60,436 nucleotides of DNA, from the NCBI GenBank assembly GCA_032718475.1, contig JAUCBJ010006973.1, positions 1-60,436 on the forward strand, written 5' to 3'. The translations under genes and the position numbers were made by a program. Below, piece by piece: positions 1 to 11,529 of the stretch. Numbering within the stretch: the stretch's first letter is position 1; every line of letters begins with the position of its first letter. Source of the DNA: Nemertoderma westbladi (Eukaryota > Animalia > Xenacoelomorpha). A model generated the notes under the pieces. It saw only the letters and a program-made list of their open reading frames with translations, did no database searches and was not told where the DNA came from.

Positions 1-141
1 ACTTGCTTCTAATTCTAGCGTGGGTGTTGCCATGGTGACATTATGGAAAACTAGCGGTAGAATTAGGGTAATTCTCATGCATACAGATCTGGGATGTTAT
101 TTAATAGTAATTCTTTAATTGTCAATATCCTCTTTATGCAT

Positions 142-328
142 CGACAGTTTATAATATAAGATCGGAAAACGCAATGTAGTAATCCTTAGGTAAACTGTAA
201 TACACACGCTGACTGAAGTAGGTATATATACATATATATAAACCGGACCGGTAACAGTCAGCAACCCATCACCAATAAAGAGACTTAGATCATATGGTAC
301 TAAGTAATATGATAGATAGGTATTGGCG
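142..328 (-). repeat. 3' LTR (187 bp)
   Basis: cgacagttt...tattggcg, repeated at 7318-7504. Confidence 0.95.
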
Positions 329-333
329 CAATG

Positions 334-345
334 TCTATTTCCTTT
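334..345 (-). promoter_or_regulatory. Polypurine tract
   Basis: Minus-strand AAAGGAAATAGA a few nt before the 3' LTR. Confidence 0.55.
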
Positions 346-442
346 AGACTTATAAACTAGGGCAAATCAAACACTTTATTATATCCCATCACCAATCATA
401 CCCAATAGTCAGTCACTTGGTAAGATCATTACTATTCATTAT

Positions 443-3400
443 TCAAGTAACCCAGTCACCTGACTGAAGCCAAGCTGGCGGTTGGCGCTTGCGTTTTGGT
501 CTACCCTGATATTTAGTATCAGTGTCACTGGACCTATCATCACTATCCGCCTTGGCTACTTTCTTATCCTCTCGTTCAGTGTCACCTTCTTTCTCCACCA
601 TTAGTTCATTTTTAGGATTTCGGATATAAATTTCAGATTCACCGGAGCTGCTATCAGTATGGATGTCCCAATCATAGTTTATAGGGTGTTTCTTGGTTTC
701 GTTTTGGCCTGAGATTATTGGAAATATAGTACACAATGGGACTTGATATTCTTTTGATGCGAATCTAGAATTATTCAACTTCTTGATGAATGCATTATCT
801 TTAATGATATTAGTAATAATATACTTGTCTCTAGTATGGAACTTGTCCCCTTCGGATTTAATGTAAACTAAATCGCCACAACATAAATTTTCCTCCTTAG
901 CTAAAGGTGCTCCATTTGCCTTAGACTTGGCACTTGCTTGGTGATTGTACATCTTTGCCTCTGCTTGTAATTTAGCCAATTCATTATCACTGAAAGACAA
1001 TTGTTCTCCCGTATTCTGGTCTCGCTGAAAGAGAATTTCTTTAGCTGAAAGTTTACGATAACGGATACGTGAGTTCAAATGATCAGTTGCTAGAGCTAGT
1101 GATAGCTTTGTTACTGGACCACCTCTTGGATCGAGACGAAGTAGTTCCATTTCTAACTCCTGTATAGATTTTTCGCCTACCGAGTTCTTGTTTGGATTTT
1201 TAATACGACCAAAATCCAACACTATACCATATGATTTCAATGAAGAATCATTCTTTAGACTATTAAATCCAGGTGCACAATCGACTCGAGTTGTGGATGA
1301 TACATTACGTATTGGAATGGTGTTTAATAGGAGTGCTTCACGTAATGAATCTGATGTTTCGTCAGGAATTATTGATGAGGAAGTATAAGAAGAGTAGTAG
1401 TCTCTTAATACAAATATTTTCTGCTTTTCTCTGCACATTACATCAGCAGCAAACATTTCACCAGGTGATGATGCCAATATCGTTGATGTCTGCTCAAACA
1501 TTTCTTTAGGTATTTTCTTCAATGAATTACATTGAGAGCAATTCTTGGAAACCATGTCAATAGAGGACTCGGAGCGTATAGCCCAAAAATATCGGTTGAA
1601 AACTCTTGTAAGTTGCGACTTCGGTGGATGGTGGAAATGTAAATGTAAAGCTGTGACAACTCCAGGCAGTATTGAATCCGGTACTATTACAAGGTCACGA
1701 GTAGTAAGGAATGGATCTGATTTGCGTACTACAAGTAATCCACCAGAAACTGCTGAAACACGAATGTAATGATGTAAGTCCCTAGAATTCTTACACTTTT
1801 TAGAGGGCCTGGTTCCTTGAGTGAGATGTGCATATGCACGTCTGAGTGTCTCACAATCATGTTGAGCAGATTTCCAACTTGGAATATTCAGAAAAGGCAT
1901 ACGACCATGACCAGACAATACATCTTCTACAGTTATTGAGTGTACAACAGATGCTGCAAGCTCTTCATTGAATTTGCATATTTGACAGTTCAAATCAAAA
2001 CATTCCTGAGGGTGTCGAGAAAGATAGTCACTGGATGTATTATCTGACCCTTTGATGTGTGACACTGTCACATTATGTGAACTTAAAGTCGAGAGGAAAG
2101 TTGAAATACGTGCTGATGCTGAAAATCTTCCAAGACATAAATTTTTATACGCTAAAACACATGCCTTATTGTCAGATAAAATTTGAGTAGATTTGCTTGC
2201 TTCTCTGATGTAGGGTGAAAAATGTTTTACTGCTGCTGAAATAGCTAGACCTTCCAGCTCACATGGCAACCAGTTTCGTTGGTGTTCTTTTAATTTAAAA
2301 CTGTAGAATCCTCCAAGTAAGCGTTTCCCATCACGAGCAATATACAGAGTAGATCCAAGACCATTGTTCATTGGTGATGCATCAACTGTGATAATTAATT
2401 GATCATTCGGTGATGGAATCGTGATTACGTTCGGAGAGCGTAAAGCATCTTTGCTCTTATTGAAGTAACCTAAGATTTCAGGTGTCCATGTAATTTTATC
2501 AGGACCTTGTAAACCCTTTATCATATCTTCAAGAGGAGATAATAAAGAAGTATAACCAGAGATGCAACGTGATATATCTTTATAGGATCCAATATAGGAT
2601 TTAAGTTCTGAACATGTATTTGGAGGACATGCAGATAGTAACGGATTTAATTTATGAGAACTGACTGAGAGAGTACCCGATTTCCATAACCAACCAAGAA
2701 TTATGGTTTGTTTCGGACAAATAATTGTTTTCTCTGCAGATAACCTCAAATTGTTAGCCTCCAAACGAGACAATACATGTTCCCAATTACTGAACAGTTG
2801 CTCAACTGTGTTACCACCAATGAACAAATCATCTGCAATCTTATCAACAAATCCATCTTGGATTAGGTCACCCAGGACCCTTGACATCAATTCCTGTAAC
2901 CACTCAGAGGAACCTGGCATTCCCATAGCACATCTTGTGTATACACGGATACCCTTAAATGGAGTTACAGTGCCTAAAAATGGGATAGCAGATTTAGCAA
3001 GCCTTATTTGAAAAAAACTTTTTGTTAAGTCTGTCACTATGAGATATTTCCAAGACGAAATTTTTCTCAGCACATCATCACATTTTGTAGACATACTAGG
3101 CAGAATTCTAGCATACTGGCCAATATCATTAAAGGCAGTTACAAATCGATGGCCCCCTCGGGGCTTTTTGACCAAAAAACTTGGTGAAACATATTGAACA
3201 TCGACACCTACATCTTCCGGTTTACTTAACACTCCAAGATGTTCTAGTTTATCTGCTTCTTCCTGGAGCAATATTAAATTTGACTGATTGTAAAATGGAA
3301 CCGACCCCTTACGAGGTGGAGGGAATACTGGCCCAATGTTTACCGTAGCTCTAATAGCTCCACTCTTATCATTATAGGCCTGTATAGCTGGATTAAATGT

Positions 3401-3903
3401 GGAATCATATTGCCTATGCAAATTGTGGAATAGCCCTTTTTGTATAGCAGTTAATTGTAAATCAGGATCAATACTAATTAGGCTTGAGAAAAATTCCTGG
3501 TTTGTTTGACTCAACTTTGTGGGAAATTTATAGCTACTCATACTCTTATCAGTAGAAGCAACATCCTTTGGTGGACAGACTCGATGTATGTAAGCAATAT
3601 GTTGAGATCGTGTTAAATTAATAGGTTCATTACTCATATTGGGAATGCGAACAGTCGATTCAATGACGCGTGAAATATTAATATGTGGCCATGTGCCATT
3701 TAATGGTGAATCACTTTTTGGTTCAATGGCAACCTCTTCATTATTAAATATGGACAGATTATCTGATTGTAGCTGTAAATATTCCCCTGGGTATAAAACA
3801 GTTGGTTCTATATTCCGCAATAAGTATGGTTGGGAGTGATTGAGATGATGAACTGGCAATTGAATACCTGTCCCATATGGAAATTTGTTGCCCTGGATAT
3901 TAA
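443..3903 (-). CDS. pol: Pol portion of gag-pol: RT, RNase H, integrase
   Basis: RT motifs SPSFLVKK, DLTKSFFQI, MGMPGS, KIADDL. RNase H TVDAS, ELEGLAI, SDNKA, DYLSR. Integrase HHCC (HLHFHH...CSQC) and D-D-E (AADV, RVDC, GEKS). No stop codons. Confidence 0.93.
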
Positions 3904-3905
3904 TA

Positions 3906-5464
3906 CAGTCCCAATCCCAATAAACATTAACTTGGTCGTTTTGGCGGCCAAAATGACCAAAATCGCCAAAAAAAATGTAGTGTATTCCTATGGGCTACTT
4001 GGTCGTTTTGGCGAAGCGATTTAACTCGACTCAGTCAAGTCCAGACAGCCCGTCTCCTTGGACATCCATTTGGTTGCTCTGACTAAATGTCGGCTCGCTT
4101 TCATTTTTATTATTGACAGATTGTTAACTTACCTGGAGCTGAGTCGGGCCTTTCAGTTGTAGTAAAGACCACCCACTGAGGCATTGATACAGCACAGGCT
4201 AATACGTAATAAGGGAGTTAGTTGAATGCGGCTTTGTTAAAAGGAGGAGTATGTATAATAATCGGATTTTGTGTGTTATTATTAGATAATCATTTCTCAC
4301 CTTTTCCTTTGTGTAGCTTCAGTTTAGAGTCATTATGAAATGGCAACGTGTTCTGTATGAAGGCGTCCTAATTATAGTTTTATAGTTAGAAGCTGGGTCT
4401 GTGACAGGGCGAGAGGTAGCTATTAAATAGCGACACTCAGTCTCGAACGAGTTCGGTATACTGATGAAATTCAGATTAGACGGCGCGGCCTATTTCTAGT
4501 AGCTGGGTCTGAATTCGAGGGCGATAGTAACTGAAAACATTATAATATCAGGCTCTGGCTCTGTGCTAACAGTCAACAGAGTCGGCATATTTGGGTGAAT
4601 TTATGATGATGTAATTATTATTTATCGAGACAGGGGGGGGGGGGGGGGGGGGGGGGGGAACTGGACGCAAAACTCGCCTTGGCGAATTAATATCCCGCCT
4701 CAATGTTAAATTCTCAATTTAGGGAAAGGAGCAGGTTATAGTGATGGCACGTTATTTTAACCAAAACAATAAATTAAACATAAATGAACATTACAGTTTT
4801 ATTTTTGAGAGTAATCATCTGTTATTTACGTCAAATCTCCCCTGGAGAGTGATGAATTTTTATTTATTGCGTCCAGTCCCCCCCCCCCCCCCCCCCCCCC
4901 CCCCTAACTGTATTTATGAGAGCATTTATATTATAGCGTACTAAACAGCTAAATAAAGAAAAATCTATGTAAAGTACTTTTCTCATATTTTAAAGAATTT
5001 TTACAAATTAAATATATGAACTTGTTATTTTTATTACCAATCGAATAGAATTAAAGTAAATAATTAATTATTACGCTGCAAGTGCTAGCACACTGCTTAT
5101 AACCTAAGTGACAGGTAAAGGTGTGTTAATTATTAGATTAGTAAAAAATATGTAGAAAATAATAAGTTAGGGCGCCTCACACTTCACTCTTACAGGCATG
5201 TTTACTACAGTGGCGAGCCCAGCCGTTACTACACTGGAGCCTTTCTCTCTACCTAAAGGTAGAGAGAACTCTACCTCAGACAGAACTCTACCTCAGCGCC
5301 AACATGCTGGGCTTTACTTACACTCAGCCTGTATTCACTGGCTGTGATTGACAAGCCAACGTGCCTCAGCAGTTCCTTTCATGAATACCGCAGTTTTTAC
5401 TTGGCCATTTTGGTAATTTTGGCCGCCAAAATGACCAAGTTAATGTTTATTGGGATTGGGACTG
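3906..5464. mobile_element. Non-autonomous Tc1/mariner/pogo-type DNA transposon (1559 bp)
   Basis: ~64-bp TIRs CAGTCCCAATCCCAATAAACATTAACTTGGTC...; TA duplicated at 3904-3905 and 5465-5466; no transposase ORF. Confidence 0.9.
4631..4910. mobile_element. Small MITE-like element with poly-G/poly-C inverted termini, nested in the mariner-type element
   Basis: cag-G(n)-aactggacgcaa versus ttgcgtccagt-C(n)-taactg; TSD imperfect (GA/TA). Confidence 0.55.
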
Positions 5465-6830
5465 TATGGCGCGATTGTAATGAAACTTCTATACCATTTG
5501 TACAACAAAATGGAACACCGCCTAAGATGTCTCTGTCATTATCCATATGTTCAGCAACAAGTGCTTCCAACTTCAGATCAACATTCCCAAATGAAAGTAA
5601 GACTGAGACTTCACCGCAAATATTCAATTTTCCATTGACTTGCGTTGCTGTTTGTTGTGATTTCTTCATTGGCATACCAGATAACTTTACAAATGAAAGA
5701 GAAATCAAGTTCCCTGTTGCTCCTGTATCAATTAATATCTTGCATGGATGAGATTTATAAAAACAATAGAAAAAAGGGGAAGCCATACATATCATACGAT
5801 TAACAACCATGGAGCACACTGAAGGGGAAGGGTTCACCTTGGAGTTAGCCTCTGTATCACCCAGTTCTTCCAAATCATCCTCATCAAAATCTATAGAAAA
5901 AGCCTTAGTAATTTCAGATTTTTCTTGTTTGGAAATAAACCAACAGCTGGCAATATCATGACCTTGAAAAGATCTCCCAGCTGATTTGCATATTATGCAA
6001 GATTTCTTACTCCAAGTGTTAGCATCTGGCTTTCTAAAACTAACTGCTTGGCGATTTGAACGGCTTGTTGCAGAACTAAAGCTATGGCGAGGTTTATTAA
6101 ATGTACGTGAATAATTGATTTGTAATTCATCTTGAGCATTTAGCTCAGATAACAAGGCATCCATGGCCTGAACAATTTGTGGCTGAACATCCTTTAAGGA
6201 TTTGGACTGCAATTCATGTGAATAAACACGTGCAATGTAAGCAGGCAACTTAGGATCTATTAGCTGAAGCCATATATATACAGCTAAGCGTTCAGCAGTG
6301 GGTGATAATTCCTCGTCTTCTGACATAGCAGTACCATCATACAAAATTCCAGACTCTACGGTCAGTAGATTGTCTTCTAAATGAGCACGTATACGTTGAT
6401 ATAGTGTCTCATATCGCTCACCATCTTCTCGTTTGATAGAATATAATTTCAAAAAATTCACCTCAGATTGGCTAAAAGAATAATATTTTCTAATCCTTTG
6501 CCATATCCAAGTTAAAGATTGACTCTTTTTAACAATGTCACTACGTAGAAGAGATGGTGAATACTGTGCGATGATACCCACCATGCGGTTCAAGTGTATG
6601 CATTTTTGGGCAGCTGTCTTTCTAGATGCTATGGGTATTGTATCAAGATCACCTACTAAGCCTCGATTAGGTATACTTGGCTTAGACCAAGTTACATTTG
6701 GTTCCAAAAATGGACTAAACTCGTTACACAAGGAAAGTTGATATTGTAGATTGGTTTGCCAATTTGCGAATGAAGAAATAGTTTCATTCTCAGTCAGCAC
6801 CCATTGTTTGGGTGGGCGAAATTCGGCCAT
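5465..6830 (-). CDS. gag: Gag-protease portion of gag-pol
   Basis: MAEFRPPKQWVLTENETISSFANWQ N-terminus; CIICKSAGRSFQGHDIASC zinc knuckle; protease ILIDTGA. Rejoins pol in frame when 3906-5466 is removed. Confidence 0.9.
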
Positions 6831-7299
6831 GATAGAAACGCTGATCAACCAATTCTGCAATGGCAGAATGGACGAACACTGAAAAGGTCAGGGTAGACTA
6901 ATGGCAACTATACCAGTCGGTAACAATTATAAGTTCTGAAGTTAGCAGCATAAGTAGGCAGTACTGCAGTAGGCAGAGCGGTAAAATATTATTAACTTTA
7001 CATTAATTAATTAAATCAAATATAATGGATAGGCAGGTTGGTTTATTGTGCATAAGCCTAGGCATTAATGCCTAATCCAACAGTCAGACAGTATTTCTTA
7101 GCCTCCTAGAACTTTATATTGTATAAGCCTGAACAGTAGGTACCGGTACGAGTAGACCTCTGGACCTACCGGCAACCGGTGTTAATCATTCAGTGCTGAT
7201 GTGAATACAGTTTTGCCTTCTTTACATAACCAAAGCGCGTCCGTCGTTGTGTCACAAAATGGATAGGCCTATCGCTTGCAATATCGGCGTTGGGTGCGA

Positions 7300-7317
7300 T
7301 AACTACAGCAGCCACCA
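7300..7317 (-). promoter_or_regulatory. Primer-binding site, tRNA-Leu-like
   Basis: TGGTGGCTGCTGTAG directly abuts the 5' LTR; partial match to the Leu-type PBS TGGTGGCAGCGGT. Confidence 0.65.
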
Positions 7318-7504
7318 CGACAGTTTATAATATAAGATCGGAAAACGCAATGTAGTAATCCTTAGGTAAACTGTAATACACACGCTGACTGAAGTAGGTA
7401 TATATACATATATATAAACCGGACCGGTAACAGTCAGCAACCCATCACCAATAAAGAGACTTAGATCATATGGTACTAAGTAATATGATAGATAGGTATT
7501 GGCG
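7318..7504 (-). repeat. 5' LTR (187 bp)
   Basis: Identical by eye to 142-328. Confidence 0.95.
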
Positions 7505-7715
7505 CATGATTTTATAAAATTTATCGGTTATTGACTATATATTGGAGATTCTCGTACTCTAGTACACTCAATATGAATCTCCGCTCCCATGATCTATTAA
7601 TTACTGGAATTTTGGGAATGTTATAAATTGCACAAAATGACAATTTATGAAATTCATTTGAATATGAATTTAATTTATTCCCGTGAATTTTATTATTTGA
7701 TGTTAAAATTGACAC

Positions 7716-8010
7716 AATTTGATTCCAGAGCAGGTCTGGGGACATAGGATCCTTAATTCTATGAAATTTGTCTTTTAAGAGTATCGGTAAGGGCTACGAT
7801 ATCTTAATTGACTAGAATTGTTAACGGATCTGAATTTTACAGATTTTAATAAATATTAAATTAATATTTAGGATGGGCACCGATTTATTCCAGAACTTGT
7901 CTGGGGACGTTAACCACTGATTCTAGAATTTGTCTTTCAAGTATATCGGTGGGTGCCACGATATCTTAATCGACTAGAATTACAGATGGTCAAAAAGTTT
8001 AACAGATTTA
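7716..8010. repeat. ~165-bp diverged tandem duplication in the BEL-A 3' non-coding region
   Basis: ttccaga..gtctggggac...tttgtctt..aag..tatcggt...acgatatcttaa..gactagaatt occurs twice; single copy in BEL-B near 31980-32110. Confidence 0.7.
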
Positions 8011-8527
8011 TTTGCGAATTACGCTACTGTTAAAGGGACATCACGCTACTATATGTATTATTTGTTATAAGGTAGAAGAGCAATATCGCACGAAGCAATG
8101 TCAGTGTGAAGAGGCAAGTCGTTTCCAAGGTCTACCCAGAGCTTGGTTTAGCCGAGACACGAGGATCTGAACTTTGCATTCCTAATACTCTGCCTACCAA
8201 TAATACTTGAATATAGTAGTGGCTTTATTGTACTTTAAGAAGTACGGACATTTCATCTTACTGTAGTCACGTATTTATAATATGATACGGACAGTAAGGG
8301 AAGAGAAAATAATTATTTCTCGCCGTCGCACTAAATATATATTATAAGTAATTATGTACGTAATAAACACTAATATATTGCACTAATTTACTAAATTTTC
8401 TAAAATAACATTTTACTAAATAAAATTAAAGAAAACGATTATAATAAAATTACATAATAATACATACATAAATATAAAATAAAAACAAATATAAAATGAT
8501 ATAGCCACACGCCCACTCCATATGTTA

Positions 8528-9661
8528 TTACGTTATAGAGTCCCTAGATATTTGTCGGATTAGGGAAGTGGTCGTAGGAAGAGTATCTTGCCTTCCATAG
8601 TTTCCGGACAGTTTTCGGTCTCTTTCCAGTAAACATAAACGACCAGCTGGGCGATTGAGTTGTTGTGTTAGTTTCTCCGCTCCCTTGGCCTGTCTACTCT
8701 CTGCCGTGGTAAGATGAGGAGGCCATTCTTCTTCTTCTTTACTTAAGGAGTCGGATCCACCTAACCAGCCTGGAGTATCTATCAGTTCTTGAGGAGTTGC
8801 TCCTCTGGAAGCGATGTCGGCTGGATTAATCGTCCCAAGGCAATGTCTCCATTGATCTACATTGGAGTTAATATCGTCATTATCTGAGGAGTATGGTGTT
8901 ACCTCAGTGGGTTCGTCCACTTCACTGCTCCCCTCTTCCCAATCCTTTACTTGAAGTAGCCGGTCTTGTGGCAATCTTTCTTCAAGAGTTCTGCGGGAAG
9001 GGCCAGTAAAGTACCAACCTACTCTAGTTCTTACCGCATAAGTTTGTAATGGCTGCGGTTGAGCAGGCCGTTTCTCCAATGTCTCGAGCGCCTCATGCGC
9101 GTTTTGGCCGATGAGGATTTGCACTCCAGGATAATCGGTTTGGAATCGAGGTATCTCAAGATGTTGGATGCACTCGTCCTCGTCCCAGTTATAAAGGTCT
9201 GCTTGGGTAGTAGCGAAGTTCTTTATAGCCACCATTTTTACTGACCTTATACTTTGTGCTCCTAATTTATCCTGGGGGGTGGACAACTCACCTACATAGT
9301 AATCTGCCGTTAGGGTAGATTTCCAAACCTGCATAATTCCTGACATATTCAATTTAGTCCGGAACTTGGGTTGTCCAGCAAAGATATCTTTGGCTAGTTC
9401 TTGATCGATGAATGTTCCTGTGCTGCCAGAGTCAAGTAGGGCGTTCACTATGTAACTCTTGTTGAGACCATGAACTCTCACTTGCACTACAAGAAATTCT
9501 CTTATTCCTATGTTGGAAGTTGGAACTTTCCAAGATGGTTGTTTGTCAAAAGGAGTTGGAGTAAACTCGTCAGTGTCCTTTTCATACGTAAGTGCTCGAT
9601 ACACTGTGGTATTTATTAGATAACAGGATTCGTTGGCATGGGAGAACTGTAGCCTGTACAC
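8528..9661 (-). pseudogene. BEL-A aspartic protease fused by deletion to the RNase H C-terminal region; RT and integrase missing
   Basis: ALLDSGSTGTFI, ILIGQN, AVRTRVGW, then a jump to QWRHCLGTINPADIASRG...WLGG...WP. Confidence 0.85.
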
Positions 9662-11525
9662 TGCAGAACTGCAGGACTGTACGTCTGTCTACAGGGGATT
9701 TCTTTAGAAATTCAGCACACGCACTCATACGGTGGGGCCCGTCGCACAGCGCACATTTTGGTTTGATGTTACTCACTTTACCTTGGGTAACGTTATGCAC
9801 TCTCGTTCTTTCTTCGGGCTCTCTTCCGTGAATTCTCTTAGGAGACTGAGGAGGGGTCTTGGCAACCTGTTCTCTCCTATCGTTGTTTCGAGCCTTGTAT
9901 TTACTTACGTCCTTTGAGGTCTTGTCAACATAATAAGATCGGTCTGTGTCTTTCCCGCTGTCCTCTTCTTGGGAAGCTTGGCTTTCGCCGTCGTCAGTGT
10001 AACACACTGGTGTTACTCTTCTCCTAGAAGTGGGTTTCTCACTTACCTTATTTTCCGATGTTTTCTCTCTGGACTGCTTGATGAGTTGTAGTTTGACTTC
10101 ACCATTTAAGAAAGACATGAGATCAGCCATGGTAGGGCTTCGTCGTTGTTGTTCATTCATGTACAACAATTTCTTGTCCCAGCGTGTACATACTCCACCC
10201 TTTGGTAAAGTAGAGACTACGGCTCCAATAACCATGGAACTCTGATATTCATGCGACTTACCTAACCAGTCCAGTTGTCTACAGATCTCTTGAATTTCAT
10301 CGGAAAACTCTATAATCCCGCTACTAAGGAAGTGTCGGGGGGCTACTAATTTTGCATATAAATACTTAGCTATGTTATCCTTGTTACCATACCTGATGTT
10401 TAATGTATCCCAAACTTGTCTTAATCCTTCTGGATGTCCGATAAACTTTAACGCCATTAACTTGGGAGGTCCTTCCAAGCACTTGATGAGGAATCTAAGT
10501 TTCTCTCCGTTAGATAGTACAGAGTTCTGTATGCTATCTTTGTAATATTCGTTGAAAGGTAACCATTTCATCTCATCTCCATTGAATTTGACGATCTCTC
10601 CCACTTTGACCGCTTGGCGGGCTTCTGTTCTAGCCATCTGACGCGTGAAGCTTTCTTGGGCCATCGTGTTATTTAATATCGAATTATCGGTATATAAATT
10701 TCTCGGATCATTATCAGGTCTATAGGGAATATCATTAATAACAGGTCTATAATCACCCTTAATAGGGTTTGCTATAGGAGTTTCAACTTCACTAGCAGTA
10801 TAGATGCGTGTAGGCTCCACACCTTGCGCATGTAATACTTCAGACCTAACAGGTTGACACAATGTTACAGGGGGTATTGGTATGCCCTTTTGTATATTGA
10901 CTAATTTGTCGCGTTCTAGCGCGATACTTTGCTGCACTTCTTGCAACTCTGCTCTACCTTCCCTCACTGTTCCCTTAAGTTGGTGGACAGTCTCCTGCAT
11001 CTGTCCTAGCAGGAGATTCATCCCCCGCCGTCCCTCTTCCACCCACTCAACCGCCGAAGCGGGAGTCGCCAACATAGTAGCGGGCTGACGCGGGACGACG
11101 GGAGACAAATTTTTGATTTCTCTCTCTGCTATCTGGACAGGGATATTCTCTTGGACTGCTCCACCGGGTACAGGCAGTGTAGTACTATGTAAAGGGAATT
11201 TAGAGTTAAGCTCTGGAAGTACAGGGGTCTCTAACACAGAAGTGATTTTGGGAACGACAGGCCTAATTATCTCAGGCTCATCAACTATTGTAGGGAGTCT
11301 TTGAACCTTAATACTTTGGGCTGTAGGTTCTGTACTACCTAAGTCTGTGCTAGCTAGTTGTCTTCTGACAGCTGGGGGCAAATCAGGCAGTTTATGACGG
11401 TGAGATGTTTTTCTACGCCTGCTTAGACGAGATCTATTTCCTCCGCCCTCAGGATCGGTGGTCTCGCCTTCCTCCGATGATGTGTATCCTTGGCGCTTGG
11501 GAGTAGATCGTCTCATCCTCCGCAT
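9582..11525 (-). CDS. gag: BEL-A Gag (DUF1759-type capsid region, start of zinc knuckle)
   Basis: IVKFNGDEMKWLPF...LSNGEKLRFLIKCLEGPP...LNIRYG; PTMADLMSFL; CALCDGPH. Confidence 0.85.
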   Translation of the reverse strand: MRRMRRSTPKRQGYTSSEEGETTDPEGGGNRSRLSRRRKTSHRHKLPDLPPAVRRQLASTDLGSTEPTAQSIKVQRLPTIVDEPEIIRPVVPKITSVLETPVLPELNSKFPLHSTTLPVPGGAVQENIPVQIAEREIKNLSPVVPRQPATMLATPASAVEWVEEGRRGMNLLLGQMQETVHQLKGTVREGRAELQEVQQSIALERDKLVNIQKGIPIPPVTLCQPVRSEVLHAQGVEPTRIYTASEVETPIANPIKGDYRPVINDIPYRPDNDPRNLYTDNSILNNTMAQESFTRQMARTEARQAVKVGEIVKFNGDEMKWLPFNEYYKDSIQNSVLSNGEKLRFLIKCLEGPPKLMALKFIGHPEGLRQVWDTLNIRYGNKDNIAKYLYAKLVAPRHFLSSGIIEFSDEIQEICRQLDWLGKSHEYQSSMVIGAVVSTLPKGGVCTRWDKKLLYMNEQQRRSPTMADLMSFLNGEVKLQLIKQSREKTSENKVSEKPTSRRRVTPVCYTDDGESQASQEEDSGKDTDRSYYVDKTSKDVSKYKARNNDRREQVAKTPPQSPKRIHGREPEERTRVHNVTQGKVSNIKPKCALCDGPHRMSACAEFLKKSPVDRRTVLQFCSVQATVLPCQRILLSNKYHSVSSTYV

Positions 11526-11529
11526 TCGA

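Larger units (their letters stand above)
142..7504 (-). mobile_element. Gypsy-like LTR retrotransposon with 3-bp TSD and CG...CG LTR termini (Troyka-like); full length, interrupted by one DNA transposon
   Basis: Direct repeats 142-328 and 7318-7504 look identical. CAT flanks both ends (139-141, 7505-7507). PBS, PPT and gag-PR-RT-RH-INT order are present. Confidence 0.93.

Noticed and set aside
5397-5464. C-terminus TVPIPININLVILAAKITKMAK of the 487-aa ORF as a real Gag/protease end or TM segment
   Set aside because: It is read-through into the TIR of the inserted DNA transposon; a near-identical peptide appears from the other TIR at 3830-4024.
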